From Lepidodermella squamata (taxonomy: Eukaryota > Animalia > Gastrotricha), in assembly GCA_047495785.1 (NCBI GenBank), contig JBLDXI010000034.1, positions 1,054,001-1,118,000 of the forward strand: DNA of 64,000 nucleotides, in the 5' to 3' direction. The position numbers and the translations under genes were made by a program. The notes under the pieces are model-generated. The model was not told the origin of the DNA and did not search any database. It was given only the letters and a program-made list of their open reading frames with translations. Within the stretch, counting starts at the first letter, position 1. The number at the start of each line of letters is the position of its first letter. Shown here in pieces: positions 48,140-61,259 of this stretch.

Positions 48140-50637
48140 ATGCCCTCGAGTTTTAAAATTTTCGTATGGATCCGAATCGTGCTTCAGACTGTGGCACATT
48201 GCCAGCTTGCTATGAAGCCATTCACTCTCAAAGTGCCTATGATAGCCCCTTTGGGAGGGAAAATACAACCAATGGGACCGCTATGCACGGAATCGATGGA
48301 GATAGCACTGAATGCTGTGAATTCGAACAAAGCAATTCTGCCCAACTACAACTTAGTTTTGGATGTTAGCGATGACGAGTGCCTCGATTCAGTGGGCCTG
48401 AAAAAAGCTATGGGAATCTTCAACAATAAGGAATTCGTCAGTACCCTGAACCAATCTCTTGGGCTGAGAATTCCAGCTGTATCCAACGCAAACGAAGGTG
48501 CGTACTCGATTCCATTATTTCTAGGAGGAATCTGCTCCTCGGCTTGCAAAGCTACGGCAAAATTCGCCCATCACTTCGGTTACATCGATGTTTCTGGGGC
48601 TTGTACTGACAACAGTTTGGACGATCGGAGAATTTATCTTAACTTCTACCGATTCGCCCCGTCTGGCAGCGAACTCTCACAAACACGTCTCGATCTTATT
48701 CGGTTCTTCAACTGGACAAAACTCGCAATCCTATCTGATGTTTTTCAATTCCAGTACACGGTGAGTCAAATTTTCCACATTTTGTCGCATCATAGAAACA
48801 GCAATCTTAAATAGGACTCAATTTACTTTCTAAACATTGCACAACGAGGCGGAGTTGAGGTATCAAAGGAGGAATTTTTCAGCTCGGATCCCAGTGAATC
48901 TATAGGCAGGCTCAAAGCAGCTGATATCAGGATTATTTTTGCCAGTTGCTACGTCGATTCATGCCCTGTTATTGCTTGCTCAGTAAGTTTATTCCTGCGT
49001 TATATTTTGACCATTCCAACTTTTCTCATTAGGCTTATTCAAAAGGTCTATACGGCCCTAGAATCGTATGGATTTTCAACAGCCAGGTGGATTTACTATC
49101 ACCTGGTCTTTCCCGCCCTCAAGGTTGCACTAAAGCTATGACCGATGAGTTTGCGGAGCAGTCCATCTTCATAGGTGGTGATTACTCAGGAATTTCGCTA
49201 TCAGCAGATACGAGAAGTGACTCAGGCGTCACGTTTTCTCAATTTAATGAGATCCTAAGCTTGAAGGCTCCTAATGGCAGTTCATCTCCAGCTTACGGAT
49301 GGCGGCTAATTTGCCACGATATGGCTCACGCAGCTGCTCGGATTCTTCACGATACAGAACTGGCTTTGAACGCAGTTAATGAAACGATTAGAAACTTCAT
49401 CTCCGATTCAGATAAGCGAAGTAGTTTAGTTGAATTGGTAAGACGGGCTACAACTGGCCAGAATTCAACCGGGCTTTATGGAAGAATGGGCTTCCTTCCT
49501 GGAACTCTCATTTCCCACAGCCCTCAGATCGTAGTCGAGCAAATACAAGGTAGCTCGAGGAGATTAACGCTGAAGAGACGGGCTAGTGGCAGTTTTGAAT
49601 ATATCGGAAGCTTCCACTGGGTGAATCCAGATGACTCAATACCTAAGACTGGCCCACTATTTCTTAGGGTAGAAGTATCACTCGCGAGGGACTCGTTTGT
49701 TGTTGGTCACTGTTTGGTCAGTTTTTCAGCTCTATCACTCATCTTCTTCGAGCTGTTGTCATTGAAAATGGAGAAGGAAAATATACGGAATAGACTGACG
49801 GAGATTATCCAAGCAGTGTCATGCGGCCTAATCGCAACGTTTCCGCTATGTTACCCAGCTCAGTTCGATAATTCATACTTTGATTCTTACTGTCGGTTTC
49901 TTTCCTTCTCAATTCCAACCAGTTTTGGACTATTGATCTCTTCTCTGGCCCTCAAAATTGCTTTGACTTTGGGTTATCGTCAATCGAAAGTTCTAGCTAG
50001 CCTAGCCGTTTGGAATTGCATTTCAGTGGGTGTTTCGTTGGCTGGGGCGCTGAACGGGTCTATTCTTAGGTCGGAGGTTAAGGAATCGCAGTTCTACAAG
50101 GAAGAGATAGACACAGTCATGAGCAATATCTTTCAATTATGCGGCATTGCATCTAATGACTCATTGTTTCTTGCCGAGATCAGCCTTTTAGCAGCTTTAG
50201 TTTTCACTGCGTGTCTGCTTGGATTTCTAGTCCTACGCCATTCTAAAAGGCTGAAATTGTCTCAACCTAAGAATCCCAAATCGAAAGTCTTGCCATCGGA
50301 GTCTTTGTCTAGGTTGGACACAGCAAACCGCGATCCTCCAATCAGCCAAGAATTGGATCTTAGAAGTGCGCTGAATGTACTTGTGGTCATTTCGGTAACT
50401 GCTGTAATGATGTTCGCGAGTTCACTCCTCGTTGGCAGAACTTCATCTTCGTTATACATCATACTTTCAGCTAATGCTATTGCAGTAATAGTTTGCCATA
50501 TTGTGACACAGAGGAGAGGCACAGTGAAGCAGCTATGCCAGCCATGGCTCAAATACATTTGTTGCAGGCAAATTAGGGAAATACGCCCAAATACCGCATC
50601 TAATCGACCGACATCAGTCGAGCTTGGATCCTGCTAA
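48140..50637 (+). CDS. class C GPCR, GABA-B receptor-like (exons 48140-48760, 48815-48982, 49033-50637)
   Basis: Signal peptide. Venus-flytrap motifs ALNAVNSNKAILPNYNL..DDEC, GGICSS, LDDRRIYLNFYR, FFNWTKLA and GLYGPRIVWI. Divergent 7TM. Introns are 54 and 50 bp. Confidence 0.82.
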
Positions 50638-50832
50638 ACATAACTTATATTTTTACTGAAAACATCAATTAATCAATTATAATTATAATTTAGAAATCCA
50701 TGAGGATTTAGGAGGTGCAGACTATGATTCGGAACGAACACGAATATTTAAGGCTGAAGTCGTATATGTCAAACACTCAACTATCGATGTTTTCCTTGGG
50801 AGACGTGGGAAGAAAACAAGAAATTATTATGG

Positions 50833-52209
50833 CTACAGCATTTGTTTCAAAATTTCCGCAAAAATCACCGCGAAACTGTGAACGTCAGTAAATGAGCAGT
50901 ACAGAGGCGCCATTGAAACCCTGACTATGTCAGGAGCCCTGATATCGCAGAGAACACCTCGATTTTCCAACGCATCACCCAAGTCAGCAACACCAGGCGG
51001 GCTGGGAATTCGAATCGACAGCTGGTTCCCACGTCTTTCCGGGTCCCGAGGGGTCACAATTGTGAACCCGGGCAATTTTTGTCGAATAGCCGAGAATAAG
51101 TCCGATTTATCCACCAACCATTCGAGGTAACCAGTCAATAGGATCGATTTGTTGCGTAAACGATCAAACCCAGCTTCTTTGAACATTTCAAGACTAGCGG
51201 CTAAGGTCTTGATAAGAATAGCGTTTTGATGCCCAGTTTTCCAACCTTTCGCGCCTGTATCGCAATCAAAAATGTTCGTCATAGCGAAACGAGTGTCCGG
51301 TTTATGAGCCATCCAACCTAAGAGATGCGGCCGCTTGAAATGGCGCTCGTTAACATAACAGAACCCGACTGCACCTGGGCCGCCATTCAAGTACTTGTAG
51401 CCAACACCACAGGCGAAATCGACATTCCATTTGCTGAGCTGGAGCGGAACACTTCCAGCTGCATGGGATAAGTCGAACCCTACAAATGCTCCAATATCAT
51501 GGCCAGCCTTTACGATAGCTTCCAAGTCGAAAAATTGGCCAGTTCTGAACGGAACAGCCGACATGAAAATCACAGCGAGTTTCTCACTCTCCTCATTAAT
51601 CCTGCTCAAAATATCTTCGGTCCTTAGAATGTGTTCATTAGGACGAGGGTTTAGGATGATCAAGTCATCTTTCGCATTGAAACCATGAAGCTCGATCTGG
51701 CTCTCCATTGCATATTGGTCTGTAGGGAATCCTGCTCCTTCAATCATCATTTTGTACCTGCTTTCTGTGGGCCTGTAGAATGAAGATAGCAGTAGATGGA
51801 TATTCGTTGTTTGGTTGTTCATCGCGATGACTTCATCCGGTCGGCAGCCGAGAAGCGGGGCGAGCAACTCATTTGGCTCGTCATCACATGTTAGCCAGCT
51901 GCGTTCCCCTTTGAAGTAAGCTGTAGCACCACAATCGGACCACTTCTTATATTCTTCATCGATAACTTTTGCAGTTCTCTTTGACGCAAGGCCTAAAGAC
52001 GCTGCGCTAAGATAGATGAATGAATCGTTCGAGTCGTCATGGTCTCCTAATTTGCCTTGTAAAGACGCCACGGCTGAGCGTTTAGGGAAGTTGAATTCAC
52101 TGCGAAATTGCGATAATTCGTCTTTGCAATCCAGATAAATCGCAGTTGATTCATCGCTCGATAACTCGATGCCTCTTTCGAGCAACATTTCTTCAACAGG
52201 CTTAAACAT
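50833..52209 (-). CDS. KYNU: kynureninase-like PLP enzyme, intronless
   Basis: SLGL, SFYRPT..RYK, FPTD.YA, VGFDLSHAAG, DFAC..GYKYLNGGPG (PLP Lys), TPRDPERRGNQLS, PLYCSFTDV. Confidence 0.9.
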   Translation of the reverse strand: MFKPVEEMLLERGIELSSDESTAIYLDCKDELSQFRSEFNFPKRSAVASLQGKLGDHDDSNDSFIYLSAASLGLASKRTAKVIDEEYKKWSDCGATAYFKGERSWLTCDDEPNELLAPLLGCRPDEVIAMNNQTTNIHLLLSSFYRPTESRYKMMIEGAGFPTDQYAMESQIELHGFNAKDDLIILNPRPNEHILRTEDILSRINEESEKLAVIFMSAVPFRTGQFFDLEAIVKAGHDIGAFVGFDLSHAAGSVPLQLSKWNVDFACGVGYKYLNGGPGAVGFCYVNERHFKRPHLLGWMAHKPDTRFAMTNIFDCDTGAKGWKTGHQNAILIKTLAASLEMFKEAGFDRLRNKSILLTGYLEWLVDKSDLFSAIRQKLPGFTIVTPRDPERRGNQLSIRIPSPPGVADLGDALENRGVLCDIRAPDIVRVSMAPLYCSFTDVHSFAVIFAEILKQML

Positions 52210-52964
52210 TTCAGTCTAGTGGTTTGGAGTTTACTTATGAATGAGCTAGAAATTAAAAATTACACGTATGAGAGCTTATAGTCAGCGTGAATAAATTGTG
52301 TTCATTGAAGCATTATATACAGTTTATAGCGGCTTTCACGTTAAAAGTGTTCCTGTATTACGAAACGTGCAACATTACTTTTGAAATTAAAATCACGAGG
52401 ATTTGTAAACGGAGTGAGCAGCTTCCAGCTTCGCTCAAAGATCTGTTGAAGCAGTAAATGGGTAATGAAAATCAGAGCTTTTATTTATGTTCAGGAATGA
52501 ACGATTCATGAAATTCGAGAAACCTGTGTTTAAAATCTCAAAGGTTCAGTGAACAAAGTAGGCTCCTCGGGAATTTTTTGAACCCTAGGCTTCTTCGATT
52601 TCCCTATCCAGCCCGTACTTTGCGCGCAGCAAAAGCTGTGAAAGGGGGTAAATTATTTTGAATTTTGCTTTCAAGAAAACAAGAACATCTCATTTACAGT
52701 TTTCGAACCAATGCCAAAGGTTCGAATCAGTTTTTTCATCAAACAAAATTAACCTCTTGTTCTTATTCGAGTAAGTTCTACTGTGAAATATTTTATACAT
52801 TTTATAAACCAAAGTAATTTGCCACCTTTGTTTTTGATGGGTGCCGAACCGATTTTCGCCTCCAAGCAAATTGCTGACAACCGAGCGGTTGCAGATGGCG
52901 AGGTAGGTCGAGCATTTCAATGGAGTGCTCAACATGCCGGAGCCGGAGATCAAAGCTCAGCCAT

Positions 52965-53440
52965 CGCCTATCGAGGAGTCGACCTTGAAATCTTGACTGG
53001 ACCACCAACTCTCAGCGAGATCAAGGAGGCTATTCTGGCAATGAAGAACTGGAAAGCTCCCGGATGCGATGCGATCAAGGCCGAAATGCTCAAGGCCGAT
53101 GTTGTTACAACAGCCAGCGCGCTTGAATGCCTGTTTCGTGAGATCTGGAATGAAGAGCGAGCGCCAAGCGATTGGCTACCGGTTTGATTGATAGAATCCC
53201 GAAAAAAGGGGACCTGACCAGCTGCGACAACTGGCGTGTTATCACCCTTCTTTCTATTCCCAGCAAGGTGTTTTGTCGGGTCATCTTGTGCCGCATACGA
53301 GACGAGGTGGATAAGCTGCTGCGCGAAGAACAGGCTGGCTTTCGCTCGCTTCGTGGGTGTATAGACCAAATCTTTGCCCTGCGGAACGTCGTGGAACAAT
53401 GCCTCTGATGGAACTCGCCGGCGCGCATCAACTTCGTCAT
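52965..53440 (+). mobile_element. RTE-clade LINE reverse-transcriptase fragment (frameshifted)
   Basis: MKNWKAPGCDAI.AEMLK, IPKKGDLTSCDNWRVITLLS and LREEQAGFR..RGCIDQIFALR split across two frames. Confidence 0.9.
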
Positions 53441-53478
53441 CAGAAGCATTGAAAACCCATTATAATGATATTCTATAT

Positions 53479-55054
53479 CGTTAGCGACGCGCCAAAACAA
53501 CCACTTGGATGATTCATCTGAACGTACTTCATGAACGTAATTCAGCTTGTACGTTTGGTTTTTTCATGACCTGAACGTAATTCGGTTTTACGATCGACAT
53601 GTAAGCGATTTTACGAGTCGAGGGTAATTAACAAGTACGATATTTTACGAATGTAAAACGCGTGTACGATAGGGTCGTGAACAAGGTTTACCTTCGAGAT
53701 GTACTTAGAGCTGTGCAGCCTGAAGCATGAAGACGTCCTAAATAACCCATGAATGAAATCACGCATAATTTATGAGTTGCAGGAGCCACGATCGTACATT
53801 TTGATTACTTTCACATATACAGGGCGTTCGCGTAATAATACTCTGGGTGAGCTAAAAATAGCTACAAAAAAGCTCAAATGAATGCAAAAAGTAGCAAAGC
53901 TATTTTTAGAAGAGTATTATTACGCGAACACCCTTTTATAGTACTACAATTTACGTTCGAATCGGTTTAAGCCCTAACGTCAGGAATGTACTTGTTCGCT
54001 ACCTTGGGATAGTACCACATACGTTCGGATGGTTAGTGGCTTTTACCGTATTCCCTTGCAAACTGTGACACTGCCGTTATACAAGAAGCGAGCTGGCATG
54101 CAACTATACCCCGGGGGACAATGGCATGCCTTAAACGGATGGGGTGAATTGGGAAAAATTGAAGTTTTCAATTGAGATGATTAACGCTGTAATGGCGCTC
54201 ATTTTTACATTGCGATGCGCATTCTTCGTGGTTATGGCGTATTTCGAAGTTGATTGGAGACTCCTAAGGCTTATGGCATCACCGACTTTCAATCTCGACT
54301 GACCAAATCCTCCTCGAAAACGAGTCCGAAGATGAAGAACCTGCCTGCCCCTGAACCTACTGGCATCACTGACGACGAGAGCAACGACAATGGTGTCAAA
54401 TTTCTCAAATAAATGGTTTAATATTAAGGGGAAATACTATCAATTTTGCGGTTTCACCGTCAATTTTGGGGCTTACGCCATCAAACCGGAAAATTCTAAT
54501 TTCAGCGTCGATGATGGGGTTCATCATCAAATTGTGACTTTCGCCAACTACTTTTTTTTAATTTTTCGACTAAAATTCGTAAATATATTTTAGTCATCTT
54601 CTACAACCGATATTTCTATTAACTAATCAAAGAAAATTTTTGGCTTCTGCTTTCGCGCATCAAAATAGACAAAATCACAATTTTAATCCTGCTTCGCTTA
54701 TTATGCCAGTCCCTTTCGGGTAGTGGCACTGCCATACTTAATGAGGGATTTTGATAGCCAATTTTTGATGTGCCAGCGTTTATATTGGCTGCCGCAGTTT
54801 GCAAGAGAATACGGTACATCAGACTCGTAATTTTACTTTACGTGCCGGACGTAATTGATTGTACGTTCAGAATTTTACGTTCTGTTCGTAAATAATAATT
54901 AAAACTGTATGGTAACACATCATTACGTTTAGCGCTGATTGTAATATGCTATTTACGTTCAGCGGCCTGCAGAGCCGTTCGTACTTTCCTTTCGAGAGAC
55001 TTTCCTGAAATGATCTAAAAATAGTAAACTGGTTGTTTTGGCGTGTCGCTAACG
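53479..55054. mobile_element. non-autonomous Sola1-like element (1576 bp)
   Basis: 25-bp TIR CGTTAGCGAC(G/A)CGCCAAAACAACCA, TSD ATAT, ACGTA/GTAC-rich subterminal regions. Confidence 0.82.
53820..53935. mobile_element. Tc1/mariner-type MITE nested in the Sola-like element
   Basis: AGGGCGTTCGCGTAATAATACTCT / AGAGTATTATTACGCGAACACCCT with TA flanks. Confidence 0.7.
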
Positions 55055-57658
55055 ATATGTTATCTTCAACAGAAAACATATTCGGCCGCGAAAGGGGAAA
55101 ATCCCGCTACTTGCATTTATATGATTGAGCTTCTCCTCGTTGGCAGGTCATCGATTTCGTTCCAATAAAAATCGAAGGTTGACAATAAAAAGGGAATAAT
55201 TGCAATTTACGATTGCGATTGCACAGTGAAATCTCTACGAACTAATGTTTGCCCTTGGGAACTCGCTCCGATCGCACAGGAAATTAAAGTACAACACATA
55301 GTTCGTCAGAGTATATGTTATTTTTCGCGAAATTTTTCGCGATAATCTTTGTTTTTAGCCATGAAACGCAGCTTCATAGTAACCTTTTGTTTAGTTACAT
55401 GCACTACCTGCTTGGATGTTTCAAAGCTTCAGTTGCCACGGTTGGACGAACTGATCGGCTTCTGGCCAATGGACGCATACTCCGGTCTTACTGGATTCAC
55501 GCGAACAAGCAAAGAGCTTCAACCGCTACCATCAAACAGCACAGCTGAATTTCGGCGGAACGGCGTGGGAAATACTGGTTACTACGTGATGAAAGGACGA
55601 AGACTAGCAAGTTATATGATACCAGAGATTCCGAGTTCGTTCACGGTTTCCGTTCATGCCGATAGAACTGTCAGCGAAAGCTTTCGGATTGTATTCGAAG
55701 GCTTATTTGAGATCACAGACGACATGCACTACACTGGCATTCTTCTGAGAACAGGGCCAAATAGCTGGAATTGGGCAGAACGTCATCCTATAAGAGATAA
55801 GACTGATTGGCGAATGGTAGCTGTCACCTACGACAAGCAATCGAGCACCGTCGCTTTCTATCGAATAAGCAACACAGATCACAAACTGTCAAGCAAAAAT
55901 ATCACAATTTGGGCTAAAGTTCAATCCAATCATACATCGCGAGAATTCGTGATTGGAGAAAGGGACGATATAGCGAAGGAGCGTCATTTGTCTTGTGTTT
56001 CATTTTACAAAACCGCCCTTGCAGAGGCTGAAGTTAAGGAGTTGTTTCTCACGCCGTGTCGGAACGCTTTCAAGCAATCGATGAGTGAAATTGATGGAAT
56101 AGACATGACGGAGATCCCACGCCGGGAGAATCTCATCGGATTTTGGCCGCTTTCTTTTGATTCGAATCTACTCGGCTGGGACGGGACTGGTAACGCCATT
56201 GTTCCTCGCCAACCCAGCGCTTACAGCGCGAAGCGGGAGAAATTTGAAGGACCATATGCCCAAGGAAGTGTTTCGTTGAACCTACCAGACGCCACACGTA
56301 ATTTAGCTGGCGGTTTAGTGGCTTACGACGGCCTGCCGAGACCGCGCTCTGATTTCACGTTCGCGTTCTACATGAAATCTTCCACATGCGGTACGGAAGG
56401 GCACGGTGTGGCTACTATTCTTGGTTTCCTGACCGTTTATTGTCCTCCGAAACGCTCTAACCTATATACCATTGTCATGTTCGGTCATATATATAGCGGA
56501 TTTTCGCTGACAGAATTTGTGGCGGGACCTCTATCTATCCAATATAACCACAATGGAACATGGACTTTCTTTGCCATCGCCACGAACGCTCTCGAAGAAA
56601 GCACCACGCTACACTCGCTTGCGGTCAATCACGCGCTGGAACTCACATCACAGGGTACGTTTATTTGTTTAAATCAATAAGACCAAATTCCAGCTGTTAA
56701 ACCTGGGTTAACAAGCATGCCCTTCTTCTCCCGCTTTATTATCATTTGTTCTGTTTTTGAAAACGTGGATTTATCAATTTTAAATGCTTCATCGGCACAA
56801 AATACATAAATGCTTTACGAATGGTTTGCCAATCTGAATGTGAAACGCGTCGAATTTCCGAGAAGACGCTTGCATTCAAGAAATTCAAATATGTTTTGAA
56901 AATTGTCAAGGATGGCACTGTTGTCTGAGGTTTTCTGAGAGAGCTGTTGTGCGGCAATTGCCAGCGTTTCGATGCATTCCGATGTAAAAAAGCACGAACT
57001 GTATTTTCCAAATTTACGCCACTTTACCAAATTACTTTACACGGTATCTCCAGTGCGCGGATAGTCATAATGCATCGCTGAAGCTATGCCTTTTTCAGCT
57101 GAAATTTCCCCGCTAAGGTAACCTATGAATAGTGGCTTGCCGTGACATTATTGTGGGACATGCCTGGCTTTTACATACATAATACATATAGGAGGTCTGT
57201 TGACAATTCTCTGAGAATAGTTTAAAAGGAGGCAGCTTGGCAGGCTTTCATTCGGGCAGCAAAAATTGGCCGTAGGAACAAAAATTTCTCTGAAAGATCC
57301 AGAAAGATCTGCCAGCATTTTGTCCCCACTTTGCATGAATTCGGCAGCAATTCAGGGGTCGGATAGCGCAGAAGATCCTCGAACAGATTCGGTCAGCAAG
57401 TCGCCTCCGAAAGCACCGGGAACACCGCGCAGAAGATGCAGAAAATCCGACAGCATTTGGTCCCCAACTCGCAGAAATCACCACAGCGCAACACGAAACA
57501 CCGAAGTGCGGCACATAATTAACAAGCGTAACACGCGCATCAGTATTTACGCAGCGTGCAACCCAATTCAACAAAAGTGCAACACGATTTAACAAGAACG
57601 CAGCATTGCTGTTTATTCCCGTAAAAAGAGTTGAAATTCAAAATTTAACAACGGCGTT

Positions 57659-59447
57659 TCATAAATGTTTACAATTTTTGCACCGGCATTTTTCCTGGCA
57701 CTGGCAATGCCTGCCTCGGCCGCTTTTCTTGCAACCCGTCTTACAAGCACAGCCGCTGTCTAGACGAGAACGCTTGTTGCGAGCAGTAGCAGAACTATTC
57801 TGGACGACGGCATCGGAGTCGATATCGGCTTCGTCAGCAACCCCGTCGGCAAAAACCAACGGCGCAGCCTTAACTGGGGCCGGAGTCCGGGTGAGAGCGG
57901 ACGCCGCCTTCGACTGCCTGCGTCGCTTGCGCTTGCCTCCAACGACGGTCATTTTCCGTGCAGCGTAGTCGGGAAGTCGCCGGCGGCCCGACTGCAACTC
58001 GAAGCGAATGACAGCAGTGATATTTCTTCTGAAATTCTCCGCAGCAGCACTCGAACGTCTTCGAAGCGCGACGTAAAGCAGTAGGTCCTCGCGAACTCGC
58101 GATAGGTAGGCCGGTCACGGTGCAAAAATTCGGTTACGGCCGGGCAGATCGGCGGTTGAGAACTTGCGGACAGGGAAATCATGTCCATTCTGGTAGAAGA
58201 AAAATCGATGAAATCGCCTAGAGTCCAGGGCTCTTGATTTATTTTGCCGTTTCTCTTCCTCTCGAGCCATCTCTCAATGCGGCGCTCGGGAATTGGTTTC
58301 ATTCCATCCTTCCTCTTGGCTATAAGGGCGTAGTCAATTACCGTAGTTACCGAAATATAAGCCCCCACTCGTTTAGAAGCCTGTCTCGATTAGAAGCCTA
58401 GGTAAATTGAAATTCGTCGATGCATAGTCCTATCTCGAATAGTAGCCTAGGCTACTACGGCACGTGTGCTCTGCTGCGCTGAACGGTATTTAAAAACGAA
58501 AAATTCGTGAAGATATGCAATAATCTGCGACTTACGATTACTTTATTTAAAGCATTCCTTATTATTCTTAATTTTCAGCTATTAGACGACCTAGCTAATA
58601 ACTAATAATGAAAACTTTGATGAGTTTTGAGATTGAAAGACAGAAAGTAAAGTCAGGTCTCCGTTGCATAAGCCTATCTCAAATAGAAGCCTAGTCTTGA
58701 ATAGAAGCCTACTTTTCCCCATTTTTAAAGGTATCATTTTTGTATAAGCCCGGGTTAGTATTTCGGTAACTACGGTATTTTCTTCTTGGTTTTTATTCCT
58801 GCCGCCCAACCTTCCTCCAACGCCGCGACGATTTCACTGGGAATAACCAGAGCCGTAGTCTTATCGCGGTGTTCGATTGAATTATGTTGAAGCATATATT
58901 TCGGTTCAGGCGAAGAAGCATCGGTAATGATTCGGTAATTACAACGACAGTGTCGCCGCCGGTCACCTTTTCGGCAGTAATAATCTTCGATTAAACCTGC
59001 CGCCGTCTCGCGAGGGCTACGAGAGCTAGCCCATTCTCCGCGCTTTTCCATTTCAGCGATAATTTGCTGCCGATCTGATACCGGAGTGTCCAAAACGTTC
59101 ACCCAAATCGTCGACTGCTCGCGGTACAAACGGGTCTCCTCATCCTCCTCATCCTCATCATCATCATCATCAATATCACCATCGCACGGGGTGTCTTCTT
59201 TCGAACTGCCACCATCACCGCTTGATCCCGTAAAATGACGGGGTGGACTTAACCAGTCATCGGAATCGTTGACGAAAACCATGCCGGTAGCAAAGATGAC
59301 CAACAAAAGCGTTGTTTTAAGCAGTTTGAGATTCATGTTACAACTTGGGTTAAATTGGGTTTCAAAATTATTAATTTCTGTTACAGTTTGGTTGAGTTCG
59401 ATGTCGCGTTGTTTATTCATGTTGCAAGTCGCGCGCGCGTGCGCCAC
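57659..59447 (-). mobile_element. Mutator-like (MULE) transposase deletion derivative inside the channel-gene intron
   Basis: YYCRKG..HCRCNYRI..HNSIEH (WRKY/FLYWCH-like finger), SWIM motif CCCGEFQKKYHCCH, KRKRRR..KAASAL and a C-terminal CACKTGC..CRCKNC. No DDE core seen; frameshifted. Confidence 0.62.
58341..58775. mobile_element. pogo/Tc1-type MITE inserted in the MULE ORF
   Basis: TIR CCGTAGTTACCGAAATA and TA TSD. Removing it restores the frame ...KKKI-IDYAL... Confidence 0.88.
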
Positions 59448-59657
59448 CTTGTGCTCTCACGCGGCACACGCCTCATTTGTGTTGCGTAATCGCTGCTGCA
59501 GGTGGTGTGTTCCTGTGACGCTTGGTGGTGAGCGCTCGCTGTACTCGTTTCGATTCGTAAATCTAGGCCGACTCCGTTCAGATATAAACACTTTACTCAA
59601 GTTATAGCATGCAAAAATAATGTGGAGACATCCACTTTGCGCTTGTTAGTCCTAAAT

Positions 59658-60205
59658 GATCATTTTCAGGCCCGCCTACGTTACCGCTCTGCGTGCGCTC
59701 TTATTGGCCAGCTCACTCTGTACTTAAATCAAGCTCTGAATTTCAAATCGGCTTTTTACAAAAATCAAGTGAGTTGAATTCTCTATTGATTTTTTTACTT
59801 TTCATGCGTTCAAATGTTTATGATGAAACATTTTACGTGCATGATTTTTACGCGGAGACGCGCTCGCGTGAGATCAGACGTCAAACGCCGTAATTTTTCA
59901 GTGCGCCTAAAACCTTTCCACATTTACTTTTTTGAGCGGGAGCCATATATTCAGTCGATAAAGCATTAATTTGCAAACCGGCACAAGTAACTGTCTTACA
60001 CATTTTATACCGGCTGATACAGATTTGTCCGTTAAAAAATGTTTCATAAATCTGAAAAAATAAAACTAAAGTGCGCTATATTTTTCGGTTAATATTGTGA
60101 GCGGGTGTACATATGGCGTGCATGTGTTGCGTAGCCGTGCGTGAAAAGGCAGGCCTGTCAGCGCCCGCGCAGAGCCGCAACGTAGGCGGGACCGAAAATG
60201 TGCTC
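59658..60205. mobile_element. MITE, same family as 31659-32368
   Basis: Same TIR CATTTTCAGGCCCGCCTACGTT; internal sequence in the opposite orientation. Confidence 0.75.
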
Positions 60206-60947
60206 ATTCTACACCAAATGACGGTTCTAAATATTTACAGAAAGCTACTCATACGTTAGACAGCATCCAATCGATGGCGAATGGAAAGACAAGCTTTCGC
60301 TGGAAATAGGTATTGGCTATGAGAACGGCTACAATACTTTTCACCGACATGAAGACACGCAATATGCTTGTTTCTATTTTTACAACGTTACATTGAGCCC
60401 TGGAGAAGTCTTCAACTTGAGCAACGCATGTGGTCGACTTGTCTCCCAGAATACAACCTTCTCGAGAGGCAACTCCATCGCTGAGCGAATGATACCGGTC
60501 TTCGAAATCCCGCAATACGATCACATCGACAACATGACAGCTATTCAACAAAAATGTGGCTACTTCAACGCTTCAGTCTACGTTCCTCAAGCGCTGATGG
60601 TTCTATATTGGCGAGTCAATACGTGTCCTTGGTTCTCTTCACCCGCTCTCCCAACCGGTAGAAACTTCGAGACCATCTACATCGACAATCTCAGTAATTT
60701 ATGGCTGCCGAAAATCCGCTTTCTATCCGCAGCCAACTCAAACCTCCAAATGCGGGACATGATCATCAATGACGATTATTTGATGATGATGTCTTCAAAG
60801 GTGCCAACAGTCAACCGAACATTCAAATTTTACTGGCAAAAAGAAGGCCTATTCGTGGCAAGCTGCGAGTTATCCCTACAGTTGTTCCCATTCGACACAC
60901 AAAACTGCAGTTTCGAGTTCTCCCTTGAGCGAGACATTGACCTAGTT

Positions 60948-61259
60948 TATTTATTTATTTATTTATTTATTTCAAAGCTATGACACCCAGAGAGGGCAGC
61001 TCGACAAAGTTAAGTTTGAAAGGAAACAGATAATTGCAGGACAGTTACAAAAGGATAGGACAATTGGAGATGACATAAATTTGAGTCAACGATAAGTAAA
61101 ACGAAACAATATTACAACAACGGCAGCTCACCGTTTTTTTACCGTGGATAAGGAAATATAAAAATAGAATATATAGAGCTTCATTTTAATTTCAATTTTG
61201 CAGCATTTTTTTCGTAGAAGTGCGAGTAGGTGGCGAGTAGGTGGCGAGTAGGTGGTATT
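60948..61259 (-). mobile_element. retroposon 3' fragment with (TAAA)n tail inserted in the channel exon
   Basis: (TTTA)n followed by AAAGCTAT..ACCCA.AGAGGG.AGCT.GAC, also seen at 33106-33155. Splits codons D-L-V / R-I-D-K. Ends in 11-bp GGCGAGTAGGT repeats. Confidence 0.65.

Noticed and set aside
60945-61229. Retroposon insertion rescued as a new intron
   Set aside because: A phase-0 GT..AG pair exists, but the donor GTTTAT and the acceptor context are weak, and the gene has two other lesions.
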